A program made the translations under genes and the position numbers. This document shows, piece by piece, positions 18,160 through 31,662 of a DNA stretch of 49,245 bases. Position 1 is the first letter of the stretch, and each line of letters opens with the position of its first letter. The DNA comes from Rhodobacter sp. (GTDB lineage Bacteria; Pseudomonadota; Alphaproteobacteria; Rhodobacterales; Rhodobacteraceae): the NCBI GenBank assembly GCA_022340385.1, contig JAJDOB010000145.1:1-49245 (forward strand), given 5' to 3'. Below the pieces are notes generated by a model, which was given only the letters and a program-made list of their open reading frames with translations, was not told where the DNA came from and ran no database searches.

Positions 18160-18867
18160 GTGACGATTACGATGGAGATGACGCATGGATTTGCCAGTAA
18201 CGTGGTGCCGTTCGCGCGAAAGTCACAGGCGATGATCTTTCCGGCGATTACGCAGGTCGATGCCTATTGGGAAGGTCTGCGCAACGGGCGGCTGATGCCT
18301 GACCGGTCCGAGGTCGACCCGCGCGGGATGGAAAACGCGCTGGAATTCGCGTTCATGCTGGAATGCGTTGCGCCGGGCGTGGCGCGGGTGCGCATCGCGG
18401 GCATGCATCTGAACGATCTTCTGGGCATGGAGGTGCGCGGCATGCCGCTGACCGCCCTGTTCGAGCCGGCGGCGCGCGAACGCGTGGCCGAGGTGCTGGC
18501 CCGCATCACCAACACGCCGCATGTCGCCGACCTGCGCCTGTCCAGCGGTCGCGGCGTCGGGCGGGCCTTGCTGACCGCGCAGATGTATCTGGCGCCGCTT
18601 TCCAATCAGGGGCAGGACACCGGGCGCATGCTGGGCTGCCTGCAAAGCGATGGCCGGATCGGCCGGACGCCGCGCCGGTTTGGCCTTGACCAGGTGCAGA
18701 TGCGCCGCATCGTGTCATCCTCGGGCAAGGCAACGGGTCCGGGTGACACGCCCGCGCCCCACGCGGCACGCCCCGAACTGGCAGAGAATGCGGCCACGTT
18801 CGGCCCGGCCCCGGAACCGCCCGCGCGCCATTTGCGGCTGGTCAAGGGCAAGGGCGAAACCGCCTGA
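18160..18867 (+). CDS. PAS-like domain protein (PAS_5/DUF1457-type, alphaproteobacterial)
   Basis: ...AYWEGLRNGRLMPDRSEVDPRGMENALEFAFMLECVAPGVARVRIAGMHLNDLLGMEVRGMPL... is the characteristic PAS_5 pattern. The C-terminal ~60 aa are low-complexity. The start is uncertain: GTG at 18160, or ATG at 18172 or 18178. Confidence 0.65.
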   Translation: MTITMEMTHGFASNVVPFARKSQAMIFPAITQVDAYWEGLRNGRLMPDRSEVDPRGMENALEFAFMLECVAPGVARVRIAGMHLNDLLGMEVRGMPLTALFEPAARERVAEVLARITNTPHVADLRLSSGRGVGRALLTAQMYLAPLSNQGQDTGRMLGCLQSDGRIGRTPRRFGLDQVQMRRIVSSSGKATGPGDTPAPHAARPELAENAATFGPAPEPPARHLRLVKGKGETA

Positions 18868-18890
18868 CATCAAGCATTCGCGCATGATTA

Positions 18891-18924
18891 CGCCCGCGCC
18901 TTGCGGCACGGGCGCTATTTTTTC
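18891..18924 (+). terminator. rho-independent terminator after the PAS gene
   Basis: CGCCCGCGCC-TTGC-GGCACGGGCG, a 10-bp stem with one mismatch, is followed by CTATTTTTTCC. Confidence 0.65.
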
Positions 18925-18941
18925 CGGATTATCCGATGGCG

Positions 18942-20309
18942 CTAGACCGCTGCGGCCTGCCGCTCGTTGCGCCGGCCGATCAGTTCCTCGGCGACAAGGA
19001 ATGCCAGTTCCAGGGCCTGGCTGGCGTTCAGCCGCGGATCGCAGGCAGTGTGATAGCGGTCCGACAGATCCTCGTCGGTGACCGCGCGCACGCCGCCGGT
19101 GCATTCGGTCACATCCTTGCCGGTCATCTCGAAATGCACACCACCGGGCACGGTGCCCTCTGACTTGTGGATGCCAAAGAATTCCTGGACCTCGCGCAGC
19201 ACCGATTCAAAGGGCCGGGTCTTGTACCCGCTGGCCGCCTTGATCGTGTTGCCATGCATCGGATCGCAGGACCAAACGACATTGGCGCCCTCTTCCTGCA
19301 CCGCCCGGATCAGGCGTGGCAGATGTTCGGCGACATTGCCCGCCCCGAACCGCGCGATCAGCGTCAGCCGTCCGGCCTCGTTGCCCGGGTTCAGCGTCGA
19401 CATCAGCGATTTCAGGTGGCCTGTGGTCATGCTGGGACCGCATTTCAGCCCGATCGGGTTTTGCACGCCCCGGCAATATTCCACATGCGCACCGTCCGGC
19501 TGACGGGTACGGTCGCCGATCCAGATCATGTGGCCTGACCCTGCAATGGTCTTGCCCGAGGTCGAATCGACCCGCGTCAGGGCCTCTTCGTATTCCAGCA
19601 GCAGCGCCTCGTGGCTGGTGTAGAAATCCACAGTCTCAAATTCATGGGTTGTGGCCCCGGTGATCCCGGCGGCGGCCATGAAATCGAGCGTGTCCTGAAT
19701 GCCGTTGGCCATGCCGCGGTATTTCTCGGCATCGTCGTGATCGGTAAAGCCCAGCGTCCAGGCATGAACCCGGTGCATGTCGGCAAAACCACCCGTGGAA
19801 AAGGCGCGCAGCAGGTTCAGCGACGCCGCCGCTTGCGTATAGGCCTGCAACATGCGGTTCGGGTCGGGAATACGGTCTTCCGGCGTGAAATCGAAACCGT
19901 TGATGATATCGCCGCGGTAGCTGGGCAGTTCCGTGCCGCTGATGGTTTCGGTCGGGGCAGAGCGCGGCTTGGCCATCTGGCCGGCCACGCGGCCGACCTT
20001 GACCACCGGCACCTTGGCCCCGAACGTCAGAACCATCGCCATCTGCAGGAACACCTTGAACGTGTCACGCAGATTGTCGGCCGAGAATTCGGCAAAGCTT
20101 TCGGCGCAATCGCCGCCCTGCAGCAGAAACGCCTCGCCCCGGGCGACGGCGCCCAGTTTATCGCGCAGCCGCCGCGCCTCGCCTGCAAAGACGAGCGGCG
20201 GATATTTGGCAAGCTGCGCCTCGACCGCGTTCAGCGCTGCGATATCCGTATAATCGGGCATCTGGACCCTTGGCTTGTTGCGCCACCCAGATTTTTCCCA
20301 CGTGCTCAT
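18942..20309 (-). CDS. class II 3-deoxy-7-phosphoheptulonate (DAHP) synthase
   Basis: 455 aa. The N-terminus [14 protein letters not shown]..., [11 protein letters not shown], ...[11 protein letters not shown]... and ...[10 protein letters not shown]... are class II (plant-like) DAHP synthase hallmarks. Confidence 0.93.
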   Translation of the reverse strand: MSTWEKSGWRNKPRVQMPDYTDIAALNAVEAQLAKYPPLVFAGEARRLRDKLGAVARGEAFLLQGGDCAESFAEFSADNLRDTFKVFLQMAMVLTFGAKVPVVKVGRVAGQMAKPRSAPTETISGTELPSYRGDIINGFDFTPEDRIPDPNRMLQAYTQAAASLNLLRAFSTGGFADMHRVHAWTLGFTDHDDAEKYRGMANGIQDTLDFMAAAGITGATTHEFETVDFYTSHEALLLEYEEALTRVDSTSGKTIAGSGHMIWIGDRTRQPDGAHVEYCRGVQNPIGLKCGPSMTTGHLKSLMSTLNPGNEAGRLTLIARFGAGNVAEHLPRLIRAVQEEGANVVWSCDPMHGNTIKAASGYKTRPFESVLREVQEFFGIHKSEGTVPGGVHFEMTGKDVTECTGGVRAVTDEDLSDRYHTACDPRLNASQALELAFLVAEELIGRRNERQAAAV

Positions 20310-20389
20310 TGTCTTTGCTCCGGCATTTGCTTTAACGAGGCCCTTCTATACGGCGATCATCGGCGGCTGAAAACCGGGAATTCGGGGCA

Positions 20390-20403
20390 GGATCGCGCGA
20401 TCC
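20390..20403. repeat. perfect 14-bp palindrome GGATCGCGCGATCC in the divergent DAHP synthase / glxA-like promoter region
   Basis: Read directly from the sequence. It lies in the 186-bp intergenic region. Confidence 0.3.
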
Positions 20404-20495
20404 GGCCGAAACCGGCAAGTTTTCTCTGCCCGTCCCTTGATCGCGCCCGCCAAACCTGTTTCGGTCGCCAAGCGACATATCGGGGCCAAATCCGC

Positions 20496-21500
20496 ATGGA
20501 AGCGACACGTCACACAGTTGAAATTGAAGATACGGGGCGCAAGCCGCGCCGCTTCGTTTTCATGCTGCTCGATAATTTTACCATGCTGTGTTTCTCGTGT
20601 GCGCTGGAATCGCTGCGCATTGCCAACCGCATGGCCGGGCGGCAGCTTTACACCTGGGTGCTGTGCGGCGAAGGCGGCGAAATCGTGCATTGCTCTGCCG
20701 GGACCGGGTTCAAACTGGACTGCGATCTTGACGAGATGCTGCGCGACGACACGATTCTGGTCTGCGGCGGCATCGACGTTCAGGCGGCCTCGACCAAGCG
20801 GGTGCTGAACTGGGTGCGGCGCGAGGCACGGCGCGGCGCGATCATGGGCGGGCTGTGCACCGCGGGGTACACATTGGCCCAGGCCGGGTTGCTGGACGGC
20901 AAGAAAGCGACGATTCACTGGGAAAACCAGGACAGTTTCACCGAGGAATTCGAGGATGTCGAACTGACCAAATCGGTGTTCGTGGTCGACGGGAACCGGA
21001 TCACCACCGCCGGCGGCACCGCCTCGATCGACCTGATGCTGAAACTGATCGCCGAGGATCATGGCGAGGATCTGGCCAACGCGGTCGCCGACCAGTTGAT
21101 CTATACCTCGATCCGCACCGATCAGGACACGCAGCGCCTGTCGGTGCCCACCCGCATCGGCGTGCGCCACCCCAAGCTGAGCCAGGTGATCCAGATGATG
21201 GAGCAGAATATCGAAGAGCCGATCAGCCCGTCGATCCTGGCGCGCGATGTCGGCATGTCGACGCGGCAGCTGGAACGCCTGTTCCGCCGCTACCTGAACC
21301 GTTCACCCAAACGCTATTACATGGAACTTAGATTACAAAAGGCCCGTAACCTGTTGATGCAGACCGATATGTCGGTGATCAACGTGGCCCTGGCCTGTGG
21401 CTTTGCCTCGCCCTCGCATTTCTCGAAATGTTATCGCGCGCATTACGACACGACGCCGTACCGCGAACGGGGCAGCCATGCGGCAAGGCTGTCGATCTGA
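20496..21500 (+). CDS. GlxA-family transcriptional regulator (DJ-1/PfpI-like domain + AraC HTH)
   Basis: The real gene begins at ATG 20496 (MEATRHTVEIEDTGRKPRRFVFMLLDNFTMLCFSCALESLRIAN...). The C-terminal AraC HTH reads ...ALACGFASPSHFSKCYRAHYDTTPYRER. The 629-aa track ORF starting at 19611 is an upstream read-through antisense to the DAHP synthase gene. Confidence 0.88.
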   Translation: MEATRHTVEIEDTGRKPRRFVFMLLDNFTMLCFSCALESLRIANRMAGRQLYTWVLCGEGGEIVHCSAGTGFKLDCDLDEMLRDDTILVCGGIDVQAASTKRVLNWVRREARRGAIMGGLCTAGYTLAQAGLLDGKKATIHWENQDSFTEEFEDVELTKSVFVVDGNRITTAGGTASIDLMLKLIAEDHGEDLANAVADQLIYTSIRTDQDTQRLSVPTRIGVRHPKLSQVIQMMEQNIEEPISPSILARDVGMSTRQLERLFRRYLNRSPKRYYMELRLQKARNLLMQTDMSVINVALACGFASPSHFSKCYRAHYDTTPYRERGSHAARLSI

Positions 21501-22701
21501 CCCGCGAGGCGCGCCTCGGCACGTCTGAATTCATCGCGCTGATCGGCGTGATGTTCGCCACCGTGGCGCTTTCAATCGACGCGATGTTGCCGGCGATGGG
21601 TGAAATTGCCGCCGAACTTGCGCCTCAAGCCCCGAACCGCGCGCAACTTGTCATCACCAGTTTCGTGCTGGGCATGGGCATCGGGACGCTGTTCACCGGC
21701 CCGCTGAGCGACACATTCGGGCGCAAGGCGGTGATTCATGGCGGGGCGGTGGTCTATATTCTTGGCGCCGTGCTTGCCTGGCTGGCCAATTCGCTTGAAC
21801 TGGTGCTGGCCGCGCGGGTGTTGCAGGGGCTTGGCGCCGCCGGCCCAAGGATTGCGGTGCTGGCGATCGTGCGCGACCTGTACAACGGGCGCGAAATGGC
21901 AAAGATCATGTCCTTCGCGATGATCGTGTTCTCGCTGGTGCCCGCGATTGCGCCGCTGGCCGGGGCCGCGATCATCTGGCTGACCGGATGGCGGGGCATC
22001 TTTGCGGCATTCGTGGTCTTTTCGCTGATCTCGAACCTGTGGCTCGGACTGCGCCAGCCCGAGACGCTGACGCCCGGCAACCGCCGCCCGTTCAGCGCAA
22101 GGACCATCGGCGCCGGCATCGCCGAGGTGTTTGCGATCCGCCGTGTGGTGCTGGTGATTGTGGTCCTGTCGCTGACATTCGCCGCGTTGTTCACCACCAT
22201 CTCGACCACGCAGCAGGTCTTCGATCAAAGCTTTGGCCGCGCCGCCGACTTCCCCTACTGGTTTGGCGCCATTGCCCTGATCAGCGCCTTGGCCAGCCTG
22301 CTGAACGCGCGGGTCGTGGTGCGGCTGGGCATGCGCCGGGTGATCACGCTGACACTGGTGGCCGAAACCGCCCTGTCAGCCGTCCTGATTCTGGGCATTA
22401 CAACGGGGGCCCTGATCGGGCCGCTTTATTTCCCCTTTTATCTGGTCTGGCTGTTGTCAATCTTCTTCATGGCCGGGCTGACCATCGGCAACCTGAACGC
22501 GCTGGGGATGGAACCGCTGGGCCATCTGGCCGGACTGGGCGCGTCGATCATCGGATCGGTGGCCACGACCGCCGCCGTGGTGATCGCGATTCCGATCGGA
22601 TTCGCTTTTGACGGGACCCCCCTGCCGCTGGCAATCGGTATCCTGATCTGCTCGGCTCTGGGCTGGGTCATCACCCGCTGGATCGACGACGTGGCACAGG
22701 T

Positions 22702-22705
<4 letters not shown>
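21428..22705 (+). CDS. MFS transporter, Bcr/CflA drug-resistance subfamily
   Basis: 12-TM pattern, ...FIALIGVMFATVALSIDAMLPAMGEIA... and GPLSDTFGRK (MFS motif A). The ATG at 21428 overlaps the regulator gene by 73 nt, so the true start may lie further downstream and is uncertain. Confidence 0.85.
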
Positions 22706-26154
<3,449 letters not shown>

Positions 26155-26187
26155 GGGGGGCCTGACCTAATGCCCGGGGCGGGCAAG

Positions 26188-26715
26188 TCAACCGCCAAGC
26201 GCGCCGAACGTCATGTTTTGATACATTCCCCAAAGGGCCGTGACGAATATCGCGACGACGCCGATCATCTGGGTGAACAACCGGTGCAGCCGCATGCGGC
26301 GGTGCAGCGCTTCGCCCGTCAGCTGTTCCGCCTCGATCCGCCGCGCCGTCGACAGGCTGAGCGCCATCACCAGCGACAGCGGAAAACCCAGCAGGAACAG
26401 CGCCTGCGCGAACTCTATCCGGTAGAGAAAGCCAAGCATGCACAGCGCGGTCAGAATCGCGCAGGCAATTCCCATGATCCACAGGCCCGACACACGCCCG
26501 ATATACAGGATGCGGTTGCAGTTGATGCGCACCAGATCTTCCAGGTCGGCTTCGGGTTGTCCGCCATTCTTGGCGGCCCGCTGCACCATGTCAAAGGGCA
26601 CGCCCAGCACCCAGTGACTGGCGGTGGACCAGACAACGGCCAATGCGATCCAGAACCAGAGGTTCGAGAACGACCGCATGTCGATCAGTTCGAAAACGGT
26701 GTCGTACCAGTTCAA
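26188..26715 (-). CDS. conserved hypothetical membrane protein (4 predicted TM segments)
   Basis: 175-aa ORF with hydrophobic segments (LWFWIALAVVWSTASHWVLGV; GLWIMGIACAILTALCMLGFL; ALFLLGFPLSLVMALSL; MIGVVAIFVTALWGMY). The codon usage is genome-like. I recognise no functional motif. Confidence 0.6.
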   Translation of the reverse strand: MNWYDTVFELIDMRSFSNLWFWIALAVVWSTASHWVLGVPFDMVQRAAKNGGQPEADLEDLVRINCNRILYIGRVSGLWIMGIACAILTALCMLGFLYRIEFAQALFLLGFPLSLVMALSLSTARRIEAEQLTGEALHRRMRLHRLFTQMIGVVAIFVTALWGMYQNMTFGALGG

Positions 26716-26834
26716 TGGGGTGCCTGCCGTGTTGATTTTCGCGGACCCTACTTTGGCTTTGCGCGGATTCCTAGGGTTGAGATGCCCTCAAATCCCTGCA
26801 ATCCATTGCACGAGCCTTGCAAAGGAGCGTTTCG

Positions 26835-27842
26835 ATGCCGCCGCTGCCCCCCGCCGCCTTTCCGACCGCCCGGTTCCGCCGGATGCGCGCCACCCCTGCC
26901 CTGCGCGGGCTGATGCGTGAAAACACGCTGAGCGTCGACGATCTGATCTGGCCCGTGTTCGTGATGGAAGGCGCGGATGCCGAGGTTCCCGTCGCCTCGA
27001 TGCCCGGCGTGTCGCGTCTTAGCGTCGACCGCGTGGTCGGGGCCGCCCGCATGGCCGCCGATCTTGGGATCCCGGCGATCTGCCTATTTCCCTATATCGA
27101 GCAGGACCGCAAAACCGAGGACTGTGCAGAGGCATGGGACGCGGACAATCTGTCGAATCGGGCGATCCGCGCGATCAAGGCCGCTGTGCCCGAAATCGCG
27201 GTGATGACCGACATCGCGCTGGACCCCTACAATATCAACGGCCATGACGGATATGTCGTCGACGGGCAGATCCTGAACGACGAAACCGTCGAGGCGCTGG
27301 TGAAAATGGCGCTGGCGCAGGCCGATGCGGGGGCCGATATCCTGGGGCCTTCCGACATGATGGATGGCCGCATCGGCGCAATCCGCGCCGCCCTGGAATC
27401 CCACGGCCACCGGAATGTGACCATCCTCAGCTATGCGGCAAAATATGCCTCTGCCTTCTACGGTCCGTTCCGCGATGCTGTCGGTGCGTCGGGGGCGCTG
27501 AAGGGCGACAAGAACACCTATCAGATGGACCCCGGCAATTCGGACGAGGCGCTGCGGCTGGTCGCGCGCGATCTTTCCGAAGGCGCCGACATGGTGATGG
27601 TCAAGCCGGGCATGCCGTATCTCGATATCTGCCGCCGGGTGAAAGACAGGTTCGGCGTGCCGACCTATGCCTACCAGGTCAGCGGCGAATACGCGATGAT
27701 CCGGGGCGCGGGCCTGAACGGCTGGGTCGATGGCGAAAAGGTGATGATGGAAAGCCTGCTGGCGTTCAAACGCGCCGGATGCGACGGCATCCTGACCTAT
27801 TTCGCCCCCGATGCGGCGCGTCTTTTGCGCGACCGGGGCTGA
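26835..27842 (+). CDS. hemB: porphobilinogen synthase (delta-aminolevulinate dehydratase)
   Basis: FPTARFRRMR..., ...ALDPY...GHDG..., the active-site region ...MVKPGMPYLDI... and ...YQVSGEYAM.... The preferred start is ATG at 26835, with an AAGGAG SD; the track ORF starts at 26817. Confidence 0.95.
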   Translation: MPPLPPAAFPTARFRRMRATPALRGLMRENTLSVDDLIWPVFVMEGADAEVPVASMPGVSRLSVDRVVGAARMAADLGIPAICLFPYIEQDRKTEDCAEAWDADNLSNRAIRAIKAAVPEIAVMTDIALDPYNINGHDGYVVDGQILNDETVEALVKMALAQADAGADILGPSDMMDGRIGAIRAALESHGHRNVTILSYAAKYASAFYGPFRDAVGASGALKGDKNTYQMDPGNSDEALRLVARDLSEGADMVMVKPGMPYLDICRRVKDRFGVPTYAYQVSGEYAMIRGAGLNGWVDGEKVMMESLLAFKRAGCDGILTYFAPDAARLLRDRG

Positions 27843-27967
27843 TACGGCAACGCATTGCCCAGCCCGCAATGGGGTAATGACAGCGCGCATTCCTTGCCCT
27901 ATAGTGCTGCCAGAGTGTTCGGTCACAAGAACGCCAGAGGCTAAACCGGCAAGATAGGGCATACCCC

Positions 27968-28528
27968 ATGACAACTCTTCCCCGTCGTACCTTTATGGTA
28001 GGCGCAGGCAGCGCAACGCTGCTGACGGCCGCATGCGGCAACGGCATCGGCAGCCGCGGCGCCGATACGATTGACGCGCGCGTCGATGCGACTTTGAATT
28101 TCCTGTATTCGCGCTATCCCAACACGCGAGAGCTGCGCGACAAGGCATCTGGCGTGCTGGTGATGCCGCTGGTCACCAAGGCCGGCTTTGGCGTCGGGGC
28201 GGCTTTCGGCCGTGGCGCGCTGCGGGTGAACGACGTGTCGGTCGATTATTACTCGGCCACCTCCGGCTCGATCGGGTTCCAGATCGGGGCGCAGCAATAT
28301 GCGCATGCGCTGTTCTTCATGACGGACGAGGCGCTGGCCGATTTCCGGCGCGCACCGGGCTGGGCTGCGGGCGCGGATGTCGAGTATACGCTGAACGAGA
28401 ATGGCGAGAATATCTCGGCGGAAACCACCACGGCGCTTTCGCCGGTGATCGCGCTGATCTTCGGGCAGGCCGGGCTGATCGCCGGCGCGACCCTGAAGGG
28501 CACGAAATACACGCGCATCATTCCATGA
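27968..28528 (+). CDS. SYLF (DUF500/Ysc84-like) domain lipoprotein
   Basis: The N-terminus MTTLPRRTFMVGAGSATLLTAAC|G combines an RR-containing signal with an LTAAC lipobox. The body (...GVLVMPLVTKAGFGVGAAFGRGALRV...YYSATSGSIGFQIGAQQYAHALFFMTDEAL..F) matches the SYLF domain pattern. Confidence 0.7.
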   Translation: MTTLPRRTFMVGAGSATLLTAACGNGIGSRGADTIDARVDATLNFLYSRYPNTRELRDKASGVLVMPLVTKAGFGVGAAFGRGALRVNDVSVDYYSATSGSIGFQIGAQQYAHALFFMTDEALADFRRAPGWAAGADVEYTLNENGENISAETTTALSPVIALIFGQAGLIAGATLKGTKYTRIIP

Positions 28529-28582
28529 TCGGGTAGCCGGGGCGTGACGGCTCGCGGCGGGCACAGACGCCGATCGGGCGGG

Positions 28583-29029
28583 TCAGATACGCTTTGACTT
28601 TCGGGTGCTCAGCAACAGGTTCGTTTCACTTGAAGTCACGCCGTCAAGCCGTCGTATTTCAAAGAGAATCCTGTCGAACTCTTCCAGGGTTCCGGTGCCG
28701 ATTTCGGCGATCAGATCCCAGGCGCCATTGGTGCTGTGCACTTCGGTAACCTGCGGGTAACCGGTCAGTCGGTGCAGGATGCGCTCGGCACCCGCCCCTT
28801 CGATCTTCAGCATCATCAACCCGCGCACCGGACTTTGCGCCACGTCCTGACGGGTCAGCACTGTGAAGCCCTGGATGTCGCCCGAACTTTGCAGTTTTTC
28901 AAGCCGCGCGCGCACCGTTGCCCGCGAAATACCCAGCAGCCCGGCAAGATCGCTTAGCGGGCTGCGGGAATCGCGTCGCAAGGCGGCGATGAGTTTCTGG
29001 TCGATATTGTCCATTCTGGTAACTCGCAC
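28583..29029 (-). CDS. Lrp/AsnC family transcriptional regulator
   Basis: The HTH reads LDNIDQKLIAALRRDSRSPLSDLAGLLGISRATVRARLEKL, followed by a RAM/ACT-like C-domain. It is divergent from the arginase gene. Confidence 0.9.
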   Translation of the reverse strand: MRVTRMDNIDQKLIAALRRDSRSPLSDLAGLLGISRATVRARLEKLQSSGDIQGFTVLTRQDVAQSPVRGLMMLKIEGAGAERILHRLTGYPQVTEVHSTNGAWDLIAEIGTGTLEEFDRILFEIRRLDGVTSSETNLLLSTRKSKRI

Positions 29030-29134
29030 CTATCAAAACGGCTAATTTGCCAACATATAGCGCAAAATCCCGGCTAGGATAAATCACATTTCGGAAACAT
29101 ACATGGCGAAACATCGAAAAACAGAGGCCATCCC

Positions 29135-30061
29135 ATGCCATCGAAACCCTGCCTTCTGATCGGAGCACCCGTCGATAGCGGCAAACGCCGCGCGGGCTGC
29201 CTGATGGGCCCGGCCGCATTTCGCGTCGCCGGCCTGGAACAGGCGATTGCCGACCTCGGCCACGAAGTCCGCGATCTGGGCGATGTGCTGCCTGCCCCGC
29301 TGCGCTCGGTCAGCGGCCCCGATCACGTTCATGCGCTTGCCGAAACCGTCGCCTGGACCGAGGCCCTGATTCCCGCCGCCGCCCGCGCCATGACGGACGG
29401 CCTGCCGATCTTCCTGGGCGGCGATCACAGCCTGTCGCTGGGAACGGTTGCGGGTGTTGCGCAATACGCGGAATCGGTGCGCCGGCCGCTGTTCGTGCTG
29501 TGGCTGGATGCGCACAGCGATTTCCACACGCCCGACACCACGGCCTCGGGGCATCTGCATGGAACGCCGGTGGGCTACGTCACCGGGCGGCGCGGGTTCG
29601 ACGCCCTTCCGGCGCTTCAGGCCCGCGTGCCAGAGGAAAACATCTGCCTGTTCGGCATCCGGTCGGTCGACCGCCCGGAACGCGAAGAACTGGAACAGCG
29701 CAAGCTGATCATCCACGACATGCGCAGCATTGACGAAAACGGCGTTGCCGCGCCACTGCGCGGATTTTTGGAAAAAGTAAGCGCCGCCAATGGGTTGCTG
29801 CATGTTTCACTGGATGTCGATTTCCTTGACCCGTCGATTGCGCCTGCGGTCGGCACCACCGTTCCGGGTGGTTCGACGCATCGCGAGGCGCATCTGGTGA
29901 TGGAAATGATCCACGACAGCGGCCTGTTGAGTTCGCTCGATCTGGTCGAGCTCAATCCGTTTCTCGATGAACGCGGCCGCACCGCCTCGCTGATGGTCGA
30001 TCTGGTCGCGTCCGGCCTTGGCCGCCGCGTCTTCGACCGCCCCACGCAATCTTTCGTCTGA
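29135..30061 (+). CDS. rocF: arginase
   Basis: Ureohydrolase Mn-binding motifs GGDHSLSLG, WLDAHSDFHTP and SLDVDFLDP, plus ELNP. 308 aa. Confidence 0.88.
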   Translation: MPSKPCLLIGAPVDSGKRRAGCLMGPAAFRVAGLEQAIADLGHEVRDLGDVLPAPLRSVSGPDHVHALAETVAWTEALIPAAARAMTDGLPIFLGGDHSLSLGTVAGVAQYAESVRRPLFVLWLDAHSDFHTPDTTASGHLHGTPVGYVTGRRGFDALPALQARVPEENICLFGIRSVDRPEREELEQRKLIIHDMRSIDENGVAAPLRGFLEKVSAANGLLHVSLDVDFLDPSIAPAVGTTVPGGSTHREAHLVMEMIHDSGLLSSLDLVELNPFLDERGRTASLMVDLVASGLGRRVFDRPTQSFV

Positions 30062-30072
30062 TGGAGTCCCAC

Positions 30073-31128
30073 ATGAACCCCAGCGCCCGCGCCTATGTCC
30101 CCTTTGTCAGCGTCGATGCGATGATGGGGCTTGTTCACCGGATCGGCCTGACCCAGGTCCTGACCGGCATTGCCGACTACATTCAGGCGGATTTCCTGCG
30201 CTGGCCGCAGTTTGACAAGACGCCCCGCGTCGCCGCGCATTCGCCCGAGGGCGTCATCGAACTGATGCCGACATCGGATGGAAAGCTGTACGCGTTCAAA
30301 TATGTGAACGGGCATCCGAAAAACATGAAGAACGGGATGCAAACCGTTATGGCGTTTGGTCTTTTGGCCGATGTCGATAACGGCGCGCCAGTGTTGCTGA
30401 CCGAAATGACCCTGCTGACCGCGCTGCGCACCGCCGCGATGTCGGCGCTTGCTGCCCGGCATCTTGCCCGGCCCGACGCGCGCTGCATGGCGATCATCGG
30501 CAATGGTGCGCAATGCGAATTCCAGGCGGTGGCGTTTCAGGCGATCTGCGGGATCGACGCGGTGCGTCTTTACGATATCGACCCCGCCGCCACGGCGAAA
30601 GCCATGCGCAATCTGCAAGGCACCGGCCTGCGGGTAACGTCCTGCAACAGTGTAGAAGAAGCCGTCGAAGGCGCCGACATCGTGACCACCTGCACCGCCG
30701 ACAAGGCCAACGCCACGATCCTGACCGACAACCATGTCGGCGCGGGGCTGCACATCAACGCTGTGGGCGGGGATTGCCCCGGCAAGACCGAGCTGCATCG
30801 CGACATTCTGGAGCGCGCGCAGATTTTCGTGGAATATCCACCCCAGACCCGGATCGAGGGCGAGATCCAGCAACTGCCAGAGGATTACCCCGTCACCGAA
30901 TTGTGGGAGGTCATGGCCGGCGACCGCACCGGACGCCGTGACGAGCGCGCGATCACGCTGTTTGACAGCGTCGGGTTCGCGATCGAGGATTTCTCGGCCT
31001 TGCGCTACATCAAGGACCAGATGCAAGCCGCTGGGATCGAAGCGCAACTTGATCTTCTGGCCGATCCGGACGATCCGCGTGACCTGTTCGGGATGTTGCA
31101 GCGTGCTGCGCCCGAACGCGCCGCCTGA
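30073..31128 (+). CDS. ocd: ornithine cyclodeaminase
   Basis: Ornithine cyclodeaminase/mu-crystallin family: ...VPFVSVDAMMGL..., Rossmann motif IIGNGAQCEFQ, ...INAVGGDCPGKTEL.... The preferred start is ATG at 30073, with GGAG 6 nt upstream; the track ORF starts at 30061, overlapping the arginase stop. Confidence 0.88.
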   Translation: MNPSARAYVPFVSVDAMMGLVHRIGLTQVLTGIADYIQADFLRWPQFDKTPRVAAHSPEGVIELMPTSDGKLYAFKYVNGHPKNMKNGMQTVMAFGLLADVDNGAPVLLTEMTLLTALRTAAMSALAARHLARPDARCMAIIGNGAQCEFQAVAFQAICGIDAVRLYDIDPAATAKAMRNLQGTGLRVTSCNSVEEAVEGADIVTTCTADKANATILTDNHVGAGLHINAVGGDCPGKTELHRDILERAQIFVEYPPQTRIEGEIQQLPEDYPVTELWEVMAGDRTGRRDERAITLFDSVGFAIEDFSALRYIKDQMQAAGIEAQLDLLADPDDPRDLFGMLQRAAPERAA

Positions 31129-31187
31129 CGGTTTTCAGGGCGACGTCGGCGGGTTGCAAATCCCCGGCGCAAATTCCAGCCAGAGGG

Positions 31188-31469
31188 TCAATGCAGCGTG
31201 AATTCGCCGGTCACGCTGCGCCACTCTCCGGCGCTTATCATCTTGCGATGGGTAAAGCGGACCGAATGCAGCGGGCCCTCGATCTTTTCCCGCCAGAATT
31301 CGATGAACCGGAACAGCCGCGGATGATCCGGCGCAAGATCGTATTCCTGCCAGATGAACGTGTTCAGCACGCTTTGGAAATCCGGCATCCGGTAAAAGAT
31401 TTCCGCAGTGGTAAGCCCGTAGCCCTTCAGCATCAGTTCGGTCGCCGACCGTGTGGTTTTTCCAGCCAT
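31188..31469 (-). CDS. usg: Usg family protein
   Basis: ...LKGYGLTTAEIFYRMPDFQSVLNTFIWQEYDLAPDHPRLFRFIEFWREKIEGPLHSVRFTH... is the Usg-like family pattern. The preferred start is ATG at 31469, with an AGAGG SD; the track ORF extends to 31502. Confidence 0.8.
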   Translation of the reverse strand: MAGKTTRSATELMLKGYGLTTAEIFYRMPDFQSVLNTFIWQEYDLAPDHPRLFRFIEFWREKIEGPLHSVRFTHRKMISAGEWRSVTGEFTLH

Positions 31470-31662
31470 TTGTTCGCCTCTTTTATCTGCCTCCGCGGAC
31501 ATCTTGGCAGAACCGAATTAGTTTTCAATTAAAACAGTGTGTTATCACTCTGATTTGACGGCTGCTGAATGCGCCGGATTTGACCATTGCACCCCATATG
31601 ACGGGCAGGTTATAGTCTGCCACAACAACATATAGCGCGCAGAAAAAAGAGCGGACAGGCAC

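Noticed and set aside
19611-20495. N-terminal 295 codons of the 629-aa ORF 19611-21500
   Set aside because: This part is antisense to the class II DAHP synthase and has no recognisable domain. The GlxA/AraC homology begins only at MEATRHTV (ATG 20496).
28746-28761. GTAAC-CTGCGG-GTAAC direct repeat with CtrA-like 11-bp periodicity
   Set aside because: It lies inside the Lrp/AsnC coding sequence and lacks TTAA. I kept it as a reminder that degenerate [G/T]TAAC-N6-[G/T]TAAC patterns arise by chance, so only the sites containing exact TTAACCAT are reported with moderate confidence.
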